Source: Octopus vulgaris
Taxonomy: Eukaryota
Assembly: GCA_951406725.2 (NCBI GenBank)
Contig: OX597815.1
Coordinates: 207,886,001-207,950,000 of the forward strand
DNA length: 64,000 bases
Reading direction: 5' to 3'
Shown: positions 37,820-51,281 of the stretch, in pieces
How positions within the stretch are numbered: position 1 is the stretch's first letter
Layout: the number at the start of each line of letters is the position of its first letter
Notes under the pieces: model-generated
Told to the model about the DNA's origin: nothing
Databases searched by the model: none
What the model saw: the letters and a program-made list of their open reading frames with translations, nothing else
Program-made: the position numbers and the translations under genes

Positions 37820-38720
37820 CGATTGTGGTTTCATCAGGGTTTCATAACATAACAAATACTATGTCACAAAGAAGGGCTGTCCTCTTCAAGGTCAGGAAAT
37901 ACTTCCGGATCCACCAACCACTAAGCTTCTATAGAGCAATGGTGAGACCCACAGTGGTGTACTGCTCACACATCTGGAATGCTGCTGCTGCTGTTGCTGC
38001 AACACTTAAAGACAACCTAGACTCATCATCATCATCATCATCATCATCATTTTAAGGTCCACTTTTCCATACTTGCTTGCATCAGATAGAATTTGTTGAG
38101 GCCGATTTTCTATGACCAGAAGCCCTTTGTGTAACTAACCTTCCAAGCAAGGTAATATTTCCTCATAGCTAGACGTGTTTTTCACAGAAGACTGGAAAGG
38201 AACAACCTCAACTGTATGACACCGATGCCCATTTGCATTCATCCCATAGTGTCTAGACAAAGGTATACACAAACATACACATACACACACACACACGCAC
38301 AAATACATACATACATACATACATACATACATAAGATGGGCATTTTCCAGTTCTCTTCTACTAAATTCATTCACAATGCTTTGGTTGGTCTGAATCTATA
38401 GTAGAAGACACTTGCCCAAAAAGCTCTGCAGTGGGACTGTCCCCAAGATCACATGATTCGGAAGCAAGCTTCCTAGCCACACGGCCATGCCTGCACCTAG
38501 ACTGTATTTAAAAATAAAACATCATCTGACTGATTAGTGCTTTCCATCACCTATATTTTATCCATTCCTCAGGTACCACATTAAAACTACACCCTGGTCT
38601 TTCTTCCTAGTATATCAGTCTTCTGGACTCCCTCACTGCCAGTGTCAAAAGAAGCATAAACTGTATCAATCTTACTGGTCTTTGAGAGCCCAAGAAGGTT
38701 ATGGGTACAGCACTTTCCTC
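37820..38720 (+). mobile_element. CR1/L2/Jockey-group LINE RT C-terminal remnant, interrupted by a SINE
   Basis: SQRRAVLFKVRKYF...FYRAMVRPTVVYCSHIW matches the post-RT LYKxxxRPxLEYCSxIW motif; resumes after 38500. Confidence 0.6.
38025..38498 (-). mobile_element. SINE with family B head and RTE-like (GAT)n tail
   Basis: Head (gaagacacttgccc...ccacacggccatgcctgcacc) joined to a tail ending agcaagtatggaaaagtggaccttaaaatgatgat on minus. Confidence 0.65.
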
Positions 38721-41700
38721 CTGACAAGGACCAATAAAAAAATATCTTATTTAATGTTTAGGAAAAGAGGGAGAGAGCAAAAGCATCATAATATATTGGC
38801 ATTATAACTAACAGATACCAAAACAAGATACTAATATATCAAGATAAACTCATGTATTGTTTGTAAAGATGCAACTAAGAACACCTCAAATGAAATCACC
38901 TATTTTCCAATTTTCTCAACATTTTACTATTTTGGTCAAGGCTGTCACTGGATGTTCCTCAAAATGCTGACCAACATATCATAAAACAGGGTTAATATAT
39001 ATTTTTTTCATATGCTTCAAAATATATTTAATAATATTTAATACCAGAATGACCTAGTAATATCAAAATGATTATCAATAAGTTGAGGGTTTTAGAATAG
39101 ATATACTTTAATACGCATTTTTATACAAGATTAAAGATTGGAAGATTTGGTGAGAACTGTAGAAATATAATAAGTAGAAATATGATTAATAAAAGAATGA
39201 AACCATTCACATTATTATTGACATTATTTTTGAAACAGCATATTATTGATAACAGTTTTTTTCCAGAAATAGGTTCCATTATGTAGGAGACAGTATGACA
39301 TGGGATCTTTATTACATTACTCTATTGATATTTTGTCAAGAAAAGTAATATATATATATTACTGATATCTTATCAATTTTAGCAAAATAAAAGTCTAATC
39401 TATCCCTAGCAGAATTTTGTGAGGCAGAAATGTAAGGCACCAAATAAAATTTCATAAAGTAGTAAATTTAACCTTTTACTGTCAAATATTATTGTATTGT
39501 TGAGAAGGTGAAAGACTGCAGCAAATAACAGTTATATCAATGACAGTTCTATTACATTACAGAAGATAGAAACAAGCAATATTTTACAAAAGTAGAGGCA
39601 ATCTTAAATATTGGTAACAATTGACAAAAATAGCAGAAATAATCATGCTTCAGGCGAATTAGATGTCAAGAACAAACTTTAACAATTTTATATGATCTGG
39701 ATTATCTGTGGAGAATTTAATGGAGCCTTGATTTCATAAGAGATGAATTTAAAATGCTGTTAGAGAATTGGATGAAATGCCTTGTAATGCATATCCTGGT
39801 CCCCTCCATTCTGAATTCAAATCTTGTTGAGGTCGCTGCTGCCTTCCATCCTTCCAGAGTTGATGAAATAAAGTACCAGTTCTTGGAGGTTGAACTGGCA
39901 GAACTGTTAGAGCATCACAAAGAATCTTTGTTCTGGATCTTTGCATTCTATCTTCAAATCCTGCTGTAATTTATTTGGGATGGCAGACTTAATACACCAC
40001 CTGATCTAATATCAAACAATTATTTATTGGATGCCCTTAGAGAAGTCCACTCTACTGAAAGCATTCAGGTAAGGCTGCCAGTTTACAGATACCTTCCTCC
40101 ACCCCACTGCCCCACTACTCTTGGAGGCCCGGAAAAGAGGCACTGATACTGCCATTCCTTCTGACTAAAGGGAAAAAAAGTTACAAATTAAGAAATGATA
40201 TTGATTATATATTTAATAGCATAAGATATGATCTTAGTAAAAATGCAATCAAATATTCCAAAAATGTTTTATATTTTAATTATAGTTTTTCACTTATGTT
40301 AATGCTTGAAATACAAATCACCAAAAGTAGTATTAAAATACAATAATTAAACAAAAGCTAATCTAATATTTTGGCTTCTCAAGAGAACTGAAGGTCAAAG
40401 GTCAGCCAATAGCAATTGCATTCAATATATTGGCATCTTATTTTTAATAGGAATTTTTTTGCATGTTATGTGAAAACTGCTTTTGAAAACCTTATCCAAC
40501 AAAGCTGCAACTTATTTAGCTGATATTGAAAACATATATATATGCATAAAACAATCCCTGTACCCTGTGTTGATAATTCAGTAACTGACATACTGCAAAA
40601 ATCAACAAAAAAAAAGTTTGCTTTAGATAAAAAGATTAGAGACTGCAAATTGTATTAAAAAAGAGAAAGAGAGAATATACACAAATTCTATAATTCAATA
40701 CTCTGGAAGGTGTCTAATAATGAAAATGTAATTTAAATCAGAGTTGTGTTATCTAAGCTGCATCAAGGTAGATTTGCCAACTCAAAGCTCAGCTATTAAT
40801 GACACAGTTCATGATAATAATAATAACAATAATAATCAATTCACAATACAATCAACATTAGCTAGTTGCACAGAAGGGAAAGCAACGACGATATTAAAGC
40901 AACAGCAATAACATTACTTTCGGAACAACAATATCGACAACAGCAACGAATAAGCAAACCATCAGCCACAACGTCAAGCTGTTTCACATGTTTTATACAA
41001 CATCAACAACATTTTGTCCTGCAGGAATATAAGCCGAGACAAGCATCAACACTGCTAACGATACTAATATAATAGATGAAGAGAACATTTCGAAAGACAT
41101 AGAAATCAATTGGATGTGAGGTGATTATTATGAAAATTTGTATGGAACTTCTGAAAAGGAAGTGATTTTCAAGCAAAGGCATTGTATAATTGGACTCACT
41201 TTTAAACCATCATGTTAAAGTTCAATAACTAAAGGGAAGAATTCTTATTCTCTCATACTCTCTCTCTCTCTTTCAGTCTTTCTCTCTTTTCTATGTTGTG
41301 TCATGCCTCCATTATTCCATTACACATTGCTCTCTCACACAAATGCACGTATTAACAAGCATATACGCAACGGTGTTATTGACAAACATATATACAGAAT
41401 ATTGTATGAATGAGAAATTTGAAAAGAAAGGCTGTGGAAATATTGTAACCAAAAATAGTCTGCTTTTAATGATCAAAACATTTGTTTGATACTCATAACA
41501 ACATATTTCTATTTAATCTAAATCATATTTTCTATTCTCAAGCAGTAAAATGCTTATACACACATGCACGCTAACAAACACATATGCATGTACTAAAGTA
41601 TTAAATAAATATGAAATTGTAACCAAAATATTGATATCGATCCATATGCATATCTAATACAATTGAGAAAACACACAGAACACAGAGAAGAAGGAAAAAA

Positions 41701-43050
41701 AAAGGAATAGTTCTAAAATTCCACAAGAGGAAATATTAATGGTTTTGACATTATTATTACATATTTTTGAAGCTCTTTATTTGCACATAGATAATGAATG
41801 AATAAAATAATTATGCCAAGTATAAAATTCTCAGATTGGATGGGTACTGAAAACTGATGAATCAAAAGAGAAAATCTATAATGGTTTTACAAACAGCAGT
41901 GCTAATTTCGTTCTATTATCAAACTATTTACACACGTTTGCCTTTGACTTTCTTTTGGCAGCAAAGTTCAATTTTGATAAGAAGGTGAAGAACAGCATGA
42001 AAAATCAGTGTGTGTACAATAATCTGAATAAAATGCTTTTGGTTCTAAAGATTTTATTGTAATTTTCATAGCAACATCCTAGTCTCTGAAGTAGTCATTG
42101 TGATAACAAAATCATAGAAAGAAAATTACAATGGGTTTATTAAAATATTATTATAGCAAAATTGAAGAAAGCAGAGCACAAGACAAAACTTTTGGTATTT
42201 AGTTTGCCTTTTTACATTCTGAATTTAAATCCCCTCTAGATCATTCTGCTTTTCATTTTTCAGGACCAAAAACAAAATACCAGTTAAGTACTGGTGTTGG
42301 TTTTGTTGGTAATACTCTTCTCCTTGCAAAAACTGTGGCAATCTCTAAATTTCAAAACTCACATATTATATCAAAACTTAAAAAGTATAACTACAAACAT
42401 CTAAAATAGAATCCCAATTAGTTTATAATAGCTTAGTATGTAACAGTAATAGCTAAGCTTTAACAGAACATTTTTTTTCATTTCATATAGTACTTTGATC
42501 TAAGCACCAAGTGCCTAAAATTAATACTAGTTGTTAGGGTATATAATGATAATAAAATTAATTGAACACAGTCAATTTCTAGGAGAAAAAGAATGTTGAT
42601 GTCAAAGAAAAATTATAAGAGAGCAGAAAAATAACCAGTAGCAAATGCTAAAAATATTGATGAATAAAAGATTTTAGTATTATTGATTGATGTAATAACT
42701 ATTTTGTAACAAAGAACATCATAAAGTTGCTAAGAAGAATGCAAGCGACAATAAGACACCAGTGAAATAAACAGTGATCTTATGAATTTTGGTATTGTTT
42801 GGTAGGAACATTTATTACAGACTTATGATATTATGACAAAGTTACATTATGACTTTCTAGTATGTTTGTTACTTAGTGTCATATTTATATTACAAATTCA
42901 TAAAAATAAGTCATAAAAATAAAATTAACCTGTAATAAAAATGGAACAACTTAACATCATCAAATAATATTGATACATGCTATATTATTCAGTATTTTGA
43001 TAACACTTCGATGTTAAATTTTTTACTCATTTTTTTTCTTTTTGCTGTTG

Positions 43051-43090
<40 letters not shown>

Positions 43091-43384
43091 TCTTACATTC
43101 ACATATAAAGAAACAAATATTATCATTAAAATATTCTAAAAATAACACAAGTATTGACACCTTCACATCAATGGAAAACCTTTGCACCTTTACAGATCAA
43201 TAGAATGCTGTGAAATCCAGGAACTGGATAGGAAATAAAAAAAAGCAAACAGTAAAGATAAAAAAATTTCTTTTTTAAATAATTTGTTAACACTTTCCTT
43301 TAAACTAGAGAAAAAGAAACAAAAAAATTGAGTAAAGCATCTACTATTTATTAACTAAGTCTAGGCATGTAAGTATAAACACAC

Positions 43385-43542
43385 ACACACACATACACAC
43401 ACACACATACATGTCCATATATATATATGTATATATATATACACATACACACACACTCATATATATACATTTATATATACATATATATTTATATATATAT
43501 ATATATATATACAAACATACATACATATGCATACATATAAAA

Positions 43543-43585
<43 letters not shown>

Positions 43586-43617
43586 TACACACACACATAT
43601 ATATGTATATGTGCATA

Positions 43618-43681
<64 letters not shown>

Positions 43682-43959
43682 TATTTGTGCATACGTTATC
43701 TCAGTGGTAAAATTCAGGCAAGAAATAATTTCATCAAGTCAGAAGGAAATCAATAAACAAACTGTATTGTTCAGAATATATACTTACAACTCATCAATTC
43801 AATATAGGGTATAGAAAAATTGTTATTGAGTCTTATCATATAATATAAAATGATGTTTATCTTTGTTTTATTATATTTAGCAATTTCATTGCCTAAAATG
43901 TTTCTCACTTTAAATACATTTGCCAAGAATAATGACCAAGTCGTACCACTGCAATAACG

Positions 43960-44033
<74 letters not shown>

Positions 44034-44090
44034 GTATATATATATATATGCATGTATGTATGTATACTTTATGTATATGTATATATCGAT
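43385..44090. repeat. (TA)n/(CA)n tracts enclosing a 266-bp segment with inverted ends (43694-43959)
   Basis: cgttatctcagtggta ... taccactgcaataacg (14/16 inverted match). Confidence 0.7.
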
Positions 44091-45042
44091 TTAATACCAC
44101 TACTAAGGCATGCTAGGTATTCAAATACATGCAGGCATAAAGACACTGAATGTCTTTCTGAAAAATAAACTAAAATATAAGAATAAGCTCTAAGGAAGAC
44201 TAAAAAAAAAAAAATAATAATAATACTGATAATAATAATACTAATAATACTAATAATAACAATAATAATAGTAATAATAATAACAAGGGAAGGGAACGTT
44301 TGTCAGAAAATATACTTTGTTAAACGCCATCTGTGAATGCAAACTGAAAGATTAAAATCTTAGCTTACTAACTCAGTGCTAAATACATGCCATCTACAAC
44401 AGAAAAAATATCATTTGCTTAGGTTTACTTCATTTCCTGGTTATATTTTCTTTTCCTTCATGAAAATTTAAGCTAGGTTGGAAATGTTAATAAATCTCTG
44501 ATATATTACAGCAATTTATTCTTAATTCTAAGACCATTCTGTAAATGATTTATTATTTATTATTTCAGTTCCAGTTTATTCTAAGCAGCTGCAGAAATAA
44601 GCTTTTCTTTGCAAATGTGTTTATTTTCATGATATCTTTAAAGTGACATGGTAACTATTGAGTACCAACTGTTAAACATGTTAACCTTACAGGCGTTCAT
44701 ATATTATATCAAACTGTTGGTGAAAGCTTTGATAATGTCTTTTTATAGTATGTTATGTTAATAAAAGAAAATACATTTGATATCTATATCATGCAGTAAA
44801 AGAAATGAATAAGACTGCTCCACCTTATATCTATTACCATTTACTCTATGTGAATATGTGTGTGTGTGAGCATAGAATAATGTGTGTGTGTGTGTGTGTG
44901 TGTATGTGTGTATGTATGTGTATCATACAATTTAAAAAAAATTATGAGGGTGATATTTCATATTTCATTCATATGTCGTAGTCATCATTTAATATATTTT
45001 TCATACACCCCCACTCTCCCCCCCCCCTCTCTCTCTCTCTAA

Positions 45043-45073
<31 letters not shown>

Positions 45074-45656
45074 TTACAAAGAATATATAAATATGCATTC
45101 AAATATATAAGGCAACATTTGTGTTTTCTGAAGTACATTATGAAATGAAATGATTGATGTTCATGTATGTATGTATTCAAGCACATGCACATATAAACAC
45201 ACACACACACACAAACATATGTGCACATTCATGCACATTCACACACATATATATACATACATGTATGTTAGAACCTACAAACTGATACAAGGATATTTTG
45301 TATGGAAAAATTATAAATGTATATTCAGGGCTTTTTTTTTTTATACATATGCATATACACATATGTTTATTCTCACATAGATAAAATACAATTTTATATA
45401 CTTCTAAATATTTCCAAATGAAGGATCTGTATCTATTTCCTTCTTTCTCCTATTGAATTTACTTCCCTTACCCTTCACCACAAAATCTAGAAATAAATTA
45501 TATTCAATAGTCGCATCATGTTTATACAGCTTATATCATTTACATGCTTGCCTCATCTAAGTTAGAAACTTGGTTGTACTGATCAAATCAAATTAGATAT
45601 ATTTTTTATGACTTTTTAATAATATTAATGATGATGATGATGATGATGATGATAAC

Positions 45657-45689
<33 letters not shown>

Positions 45690-45788
45690 TGTGATAATAT
45701 TTTCTTTTTCTCCTTTTAAATATTGTTATTATCATCATTATTATTAATAAGAAATAATTATTATGCCAGCATGGAACATGGACGTTAA

Positions 45789-45819
<31 letters not shown>

Positions 45820-46224
45820 GGAGGAGGAGGAGGAGAGGGTGGATTTTATCTAGTCATATGAATTTTATTAAGAAACAGAATCTTGTTGATCAAATTGACT
45901 ACAATATACCACTGCTGCTCATTATATCAATCTCCAGCCAATCTATTCTAAGGTGAAGTCAGTGAGTGAAATTTAAACTCAAATAAGTATTGCATAGTAA
46001 CTGATTTAACACTTTTATATCACAGACATTGCTTTCATTGATTCCACAATGCTGGAAGCTGATGTTAGCTTTGTGAGAAATTGAACTGCAGGCTCTTAAA
46101 CTGATAATCATAAACAGTATTCACTTCCTACCAAAACGTATCACCTTCAATATTTATAAAGTTTTCTTTGCTGAGGTTATGGCTTGAAGATAATTTTAAA
46201 GAAAAATCAATTTAGCACAGTCTA

Positions 46225-46695
46225 GCACATGATCGTTACCAGTGTCGCCTTACTGGCACTTGTGCCGGTGGCATATGAAAAACATTCAAGTGAGGTCGTT
46301 GCCAGTGCCACTAGACTGGCTCCTGTGCAGGTGGCACAAAAAAAAAACTTGAGCATGGCAGTTGCCAGTACCGCCTGACTGGCCCTCATGCCTGTGGCAT
46401 GTAAAAGCACTTACTACACAATCAGAGTGGTTGGCGTTAGGAAGCGACATCCAGCTGTAGAAACTCTGCCTGATCAAATTGGAGCCTGGTGCAGCCATCT
46501 GGTTCTCAAACACAACATAATGCCAAAGGTCTTGGTCATTGCCTTCGTGAGGCCCAATACTCAAAAGGAGCTTGCCACCTCGCCTGTATGAGGCCTGATG
46601 CTCGAAAGGAACTCAGTCACTTTGCTTCCATTAGGCCCAATGCTTGATAGGTACTCAGCCACTTTGCCTCTGTAAGGCCCAACGTTCAAAGGCTG
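46225..46695. mobile_element. Rearranged RTE derivative: 3' UTR units (plus) joined to inverted ORF-end repeats (minus)
   Basis: Three roughly 65-bp units and gtggttggcgttaggaag to about 46505, then minus-strand DQDLWHYVV and four roughly 42-bp repeats. Confidence 0.65.
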
Positions 46696-47882
46696 ATAAT
46701 CCTGTGAGCTATGCCAGTAGTTAGCAAGATCCTAGTAAGGTCACCTTCTCATGCTGAACGGGTCAAAGAATAGCAGCTAGACTATATGAACCACCTCTTC
46801 CCAGAGGTAAATAATGACAGTATTAGTAATGTTGAAAGTAACTGTAATTATACTATGAATAATAATAATAATAAATTATAATAATGTTGATAATGATTAT
46901 AATAATAAGGTTTGTAATTATAATAATATTAACAATATTGACAATAGTTCTCCAACTATCAAACTAATAAGTGCAACATAAATGATTCTTGTATTAGTTG
47001 TAGAATAACAAGAACGAAAAAAGATTATAAGTATAAAATTTCTACTAATATCAATGCTAACCATATTCAATCTGCTTCATGGTGAAATAAACATTAGAGA
47101 CAGCTTGTCCCATGAAGAAACGACAGGAGCTACTCAGAGGTTTGCAAGCTCTTGTCAAACCTTGATAAAAATTAATATAATTGTATAATCTCAATTTTCC
47201 GTATAAACGTAGTTCATTAATGTACTGTAATTTATTAATGTATTTTATTAATGTACTCTAAAAAAACAAAAAAATAATTCTTCTAAATTTTACCTTCATT
47301 CTATTTCTAATTTTAAAAAGAGATACTGCACACGTTGCCAGTCATTTTCTAAAACTACTGTAAAAATAAGACTCTATTTCTCTTGCTAAGTGTATCTTCA
47401 ATTTGGAAGTCAAAAACATTCCCTATACTGCAATCTGTAAATTCTTATAAACTTATATAAACTTAAATATGTTTCGACCAAAGATTGGTCCAGGCCATGT
47501 CTAACTTAATAGCACCACCTGATAGGATTATCTAAATCCTGTTTAAGTAAAGTTTTGTTTATGGTCCATTCAAGTAGTGAAAAAAGATCTACTGGTTATG
47601 AACTTGCAGTGTTTTAAAAATCATTAGGGTCCACCAATGTTCTTTACTTAATCCCCAAAATGAAATTGTTTGAACAATCATTATTTGAACGCCTTTCTTT
47701 GATATAAATATACCAAGTGTACAGAAAGAAAATCTTCCCCCTTGTTCATTAGATAGCTAATAACAATTAAGAAGCATTATCTCAATATAATTACAATGTG
47801 TATTAAGGCTACCATTGGTTTCATGTTAAGAAAATATCTTAATATCCTAACAATATTTCAATCCGATCACTTGAATGAATAT

Positions 47883-47926
<44 letters not shown>

Positions 47927-48086
47927 CTATACATATGTGCATTTCTGTATATGTACAAATACATATATGACATTGCGTATATGCTTGTGGATGGGTGGGT
48001 GCGTGGGTGGGTGGATGGATGGATGGATGGATGGATGGATAGCTAGATAGATAGAGAGATAGATAGATAGATGGATGGATGGATGA

Positions 48087-48121
<35 letters not shown>

Positions 48122-48866
48122 TATAAATAGATAGATAGACAGACACTCTGTATGAGCAGTTATTGTTAACCATTATTTTGAAACAAGATTCCCAGATTCC
48201 CGTTCTAATTTCTTAGAGTTTATTTTTGTTCTGCTTATATGTAAGTAGCATATTTACAATATGCATTATGGTATATCAGCCTTTGTAATAAATACATTGT
48301 ACTGCTTAGAACATAATATAACATTTTTATTAAAAATAATACATAATTCACAGAAAAACTTTTACCAATTCCCTTTGTACGTATGTACCCTAAAGTGTCT
48401 TTTACTAATCCAATGCGTTTATCTACGAATACATCCTTGGCTGATTATCTCTAACTTTGTTTTATCTTAGACAAAATCCTTTGAAGAAGGGGTACTTCAA
48501 GATTGATGTTATCATAAAAATTCGTAAATTCCCACTAAGTCACTTACATACATGAGTCAAACATTGTTGCTGGAGTGTTTCTATTAAATTATATTATTCA
48601 TAAATCTTTATTAGATTTTTAGGCAGTTTCAAAAATGTTTCATCTTTGTAATGGTACTCTTTCCTAAATCTATAATAAAAACAGTAAAACGAATATTTAC
48701 TTTCTGGAAATGATAAATAACTACTTTCTAGATTGATTAAATAACATTATTGGGTTGATAAAATTATTTGCCTTTTATATTATCAATTTCATTGAAGTAT
48801 AATCTGAATTAAATTAATGTTATATTACTTATATGCTGAACTTTATTACTTATGAATACAATGTAC

Positions 48867-48948
<82 letters not shown>

Positions 48949-48972
48949 CTATCTATCTCTCTCTCTCTCTCT

Positions 48973-49019
<47 letters not shown>

Positions 49020-49039
49020 AAATATAATACATATATATT

Positions 49040-49256
49040 CTTTTACTCTTTTCCTTGTTTCAGTCATTTGACTGCGGCCATGCTGGAGCACCGCCTTTAA
49101 TTGAGCAACTCGACCCTGGGACTTATTCTTTTGTAAGCCCAGTACTTATTCTATCGGTCTCTTTTGCTGACCTGCTAGGTAACGGGGACATAAACACACC
49201 AGCATCGGTTGTCAAGCAATGCTAGGGGGACAAACACAGACACACAAACACACACA

Positions 49257-49309
<53 letters not shown>

Positions 49310-49455
49310 CAGGCTTCTTTCAGTTTCCGTCTACCAAATCCACTCACAAGGCTTTGATCAGCCCGAGGCTATAGTAGAAGACACTTGCCCAAGGTGCCAC
49401 GCAGTAGGACTGAACCCGGAACCATGTGGTTGGTAAACAAGCTACATACCACACT
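49040..49455 (-). mobile_element. SINE family B copy
   Basis: Reverse-complement match. Confidence 0.88.
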
Positions 49456-49529
49456 CATATACATGCACATATACAAATATATATATGTATGTTTGTATGT
49501 ATGTATATGTATATACCATCCTCATCATC

Positions 49530-49695
49530 ATCGTCATCACCACTACCACCACCATCACCACCAGCATCATTTAACATTCATTTTCCATGCTGTCAAAGGT
49601 TAAATGGTTAGACAGGAACTGGAAAGCCAGAGGACAGTATTAGGTTCAATGTCTGTGTTTTGGCATGGTTTCTACAGGTGGATGCCCTTCCTAAT
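49530..49695 (-). mobile_element. RTE 3'-end fragment, degenerate
   Basis: tttaacattcattttccatgctg...gatgcccttcctaa. Confidence 0.65.
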
Positions 49696-50605
49696 TCCAT
49701 TATGCATGTGCATGAGTGTGTGTGTGTGTGTGTGTGCATGCGCATTTGTGTGTGAGTGTGTGTGTGCGTATGTGTGTGTGTGTGTGCATGTGCATTTGTG
49801 TGTGAATGTGTATGTATGTGTGTGTGCATGTGTGTGTGCATGTGTGTACACATGCATATGAGAGTGTGTGTGAGTGTGTGTATGTGTGTGCATGTATTGT
49901 ATGTGTATGTGCTTGTGTGTGTGTGTATAAGTGTATGCATGGATGCATGTGTGTGTGTGTGTATGTGCATGAATGCTTGTGAGCATGTGTGTGTGTGCAT
50001 GCATGTGAGCATATGTATGTATGTATATATATATATATATATATGTATGCATCTGTGCATCTTATTAACTGTATATGCACAATACATAAGTCTCTTCATG
50101 GGCAGGTGTTGTAACAAATACAGTAGATTCCAAGGCAAATCAAATACCATTGCAGCAGTGACTTATTGGAATGTTAGAAGTGTTTTGCTCTTCTTGGGGT
50201 TTGCCAATAACGTGTACCCATTTGTCACATGTTCAAACGCAATTTTTGCCTTGGTTTCTAAAGACTGAACGATACATTCACTGATATTGCAAAATGCTTG
50301 TCAAGCTGTAAAATACTCATTGAACACAACTGAGATAGCTTTAAGGTGGTAAAATAGCTTGTTATGTATGTATGTGTGTGTGTGTGTGTGGGGGGGGTTA
50401 TGTGTGTTGTGCTCTGTGTGTGTGTTTGAGATTTATTTAAATTTATCTTTGCAAAATTTAAGCTGGTCTCTTACAAGGAGTCAAGGATGTTTTGGACTAG
50501 CATAAATTCTGCAAAGCTGAAATTAATAAATCTAAAAGGAAAATGCATGCATGCACACACACACACACTCTCACACATGCATGCATGCATCCATCCATCC
50601 ATCCG

Positions 50606-50634
<29 letters not shown>

Positions 50635-50636
<2 letters not shown>

Positions 50637-50954
50637 CAATAACTTTGCACAAAATCCTAGAAATACTAGGTTTTATGAAGAAAGAGCAAAAGAAACTGAT
50701 GTGGAATCATCAAATCCAATCTATTGGTGGCACAGTGAAGATTTGTAAGACATTCCAAAAATTCTCCATCTGAGGTTCTTCAGGTGAATAGATGCACAAA
50801 CCTGACTGTATGTATTGAAAGCTCAATCAACACACTAACTCAACCACATATTTACAAACATCGGGAATTCTCTTGACTCAAAAAGTCTTGTCGCTTTGTT
50901 AGTGACCATCTTAAATTGTCTCAAGAAGAACTTGAATTAAACTCAAAGAAAAAT
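50635..50954 (+). mobile_element. 3' fragment of an RLE-type (R4/Dong-like) non-LTR element within (CATA)n
   Basis: LEILGFMKKEQKKLMWNHQIQSIGGTVKICKTFQKF* resembles RLE-clade C-termini; (cata)n on both flanks. Confidence 0.55.
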
Positions 50955-51037
50955 CATTCATTCATTTATGTGTATGTAAGTACATACGCACATACGTACG
51001 TACATACATACATACATACATACATACATACATAGTC

Positions 51038-51223
51038 GCCATGATAGATCGGTAGCCACTACACACATTTTTTTCTCTCTTTGTTTTTTTCTGTGTCCCT
51101 TTCTGTAGAAGAGCATAGGCTCGAAATGTAAAAGACTTTTTATATTCCTGAGTGTTATATTAATACATCTGTTTGTTTTCTACACCACCTGTCTTTGTCT
51201 TTTGTTTTTTCACGAACTCTCCC
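51038..51223 (+). mobile_element. Penelope-like terminal repeat with hammerhead-like motif
   Basis: Shared with 54465-54632 and 14152-14232; embedded in (CATA)n. Confidence 0.6.
51099..51134 (+). ncRNA. Hammerhead-like motif with variant core (CUGUAGA)
   Basis: CUUU-CUGUAGA-A-GAGC-auag-GCUC-GAAA-UG-UA-AAAG: stems I and II intact, core position 6 is U. Confidence 0.5.
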
Positions 51224-51248
51224 CATACATACATACATACACACATAA

Positions 51249-51281
<33 letters not shown>

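Noticed and set aside
47462-47580. Minus-strand GACCA-loop-UGGUC-GAAAC resembling a hammerhead 3' half
   Set aside because: No CUGANGA strand adjacent to the stem
50060-50340. Complex-looking unique sequence between microsatellites
   Set aside because: No convincing frame with splice signals and no recognisable motif on either strand
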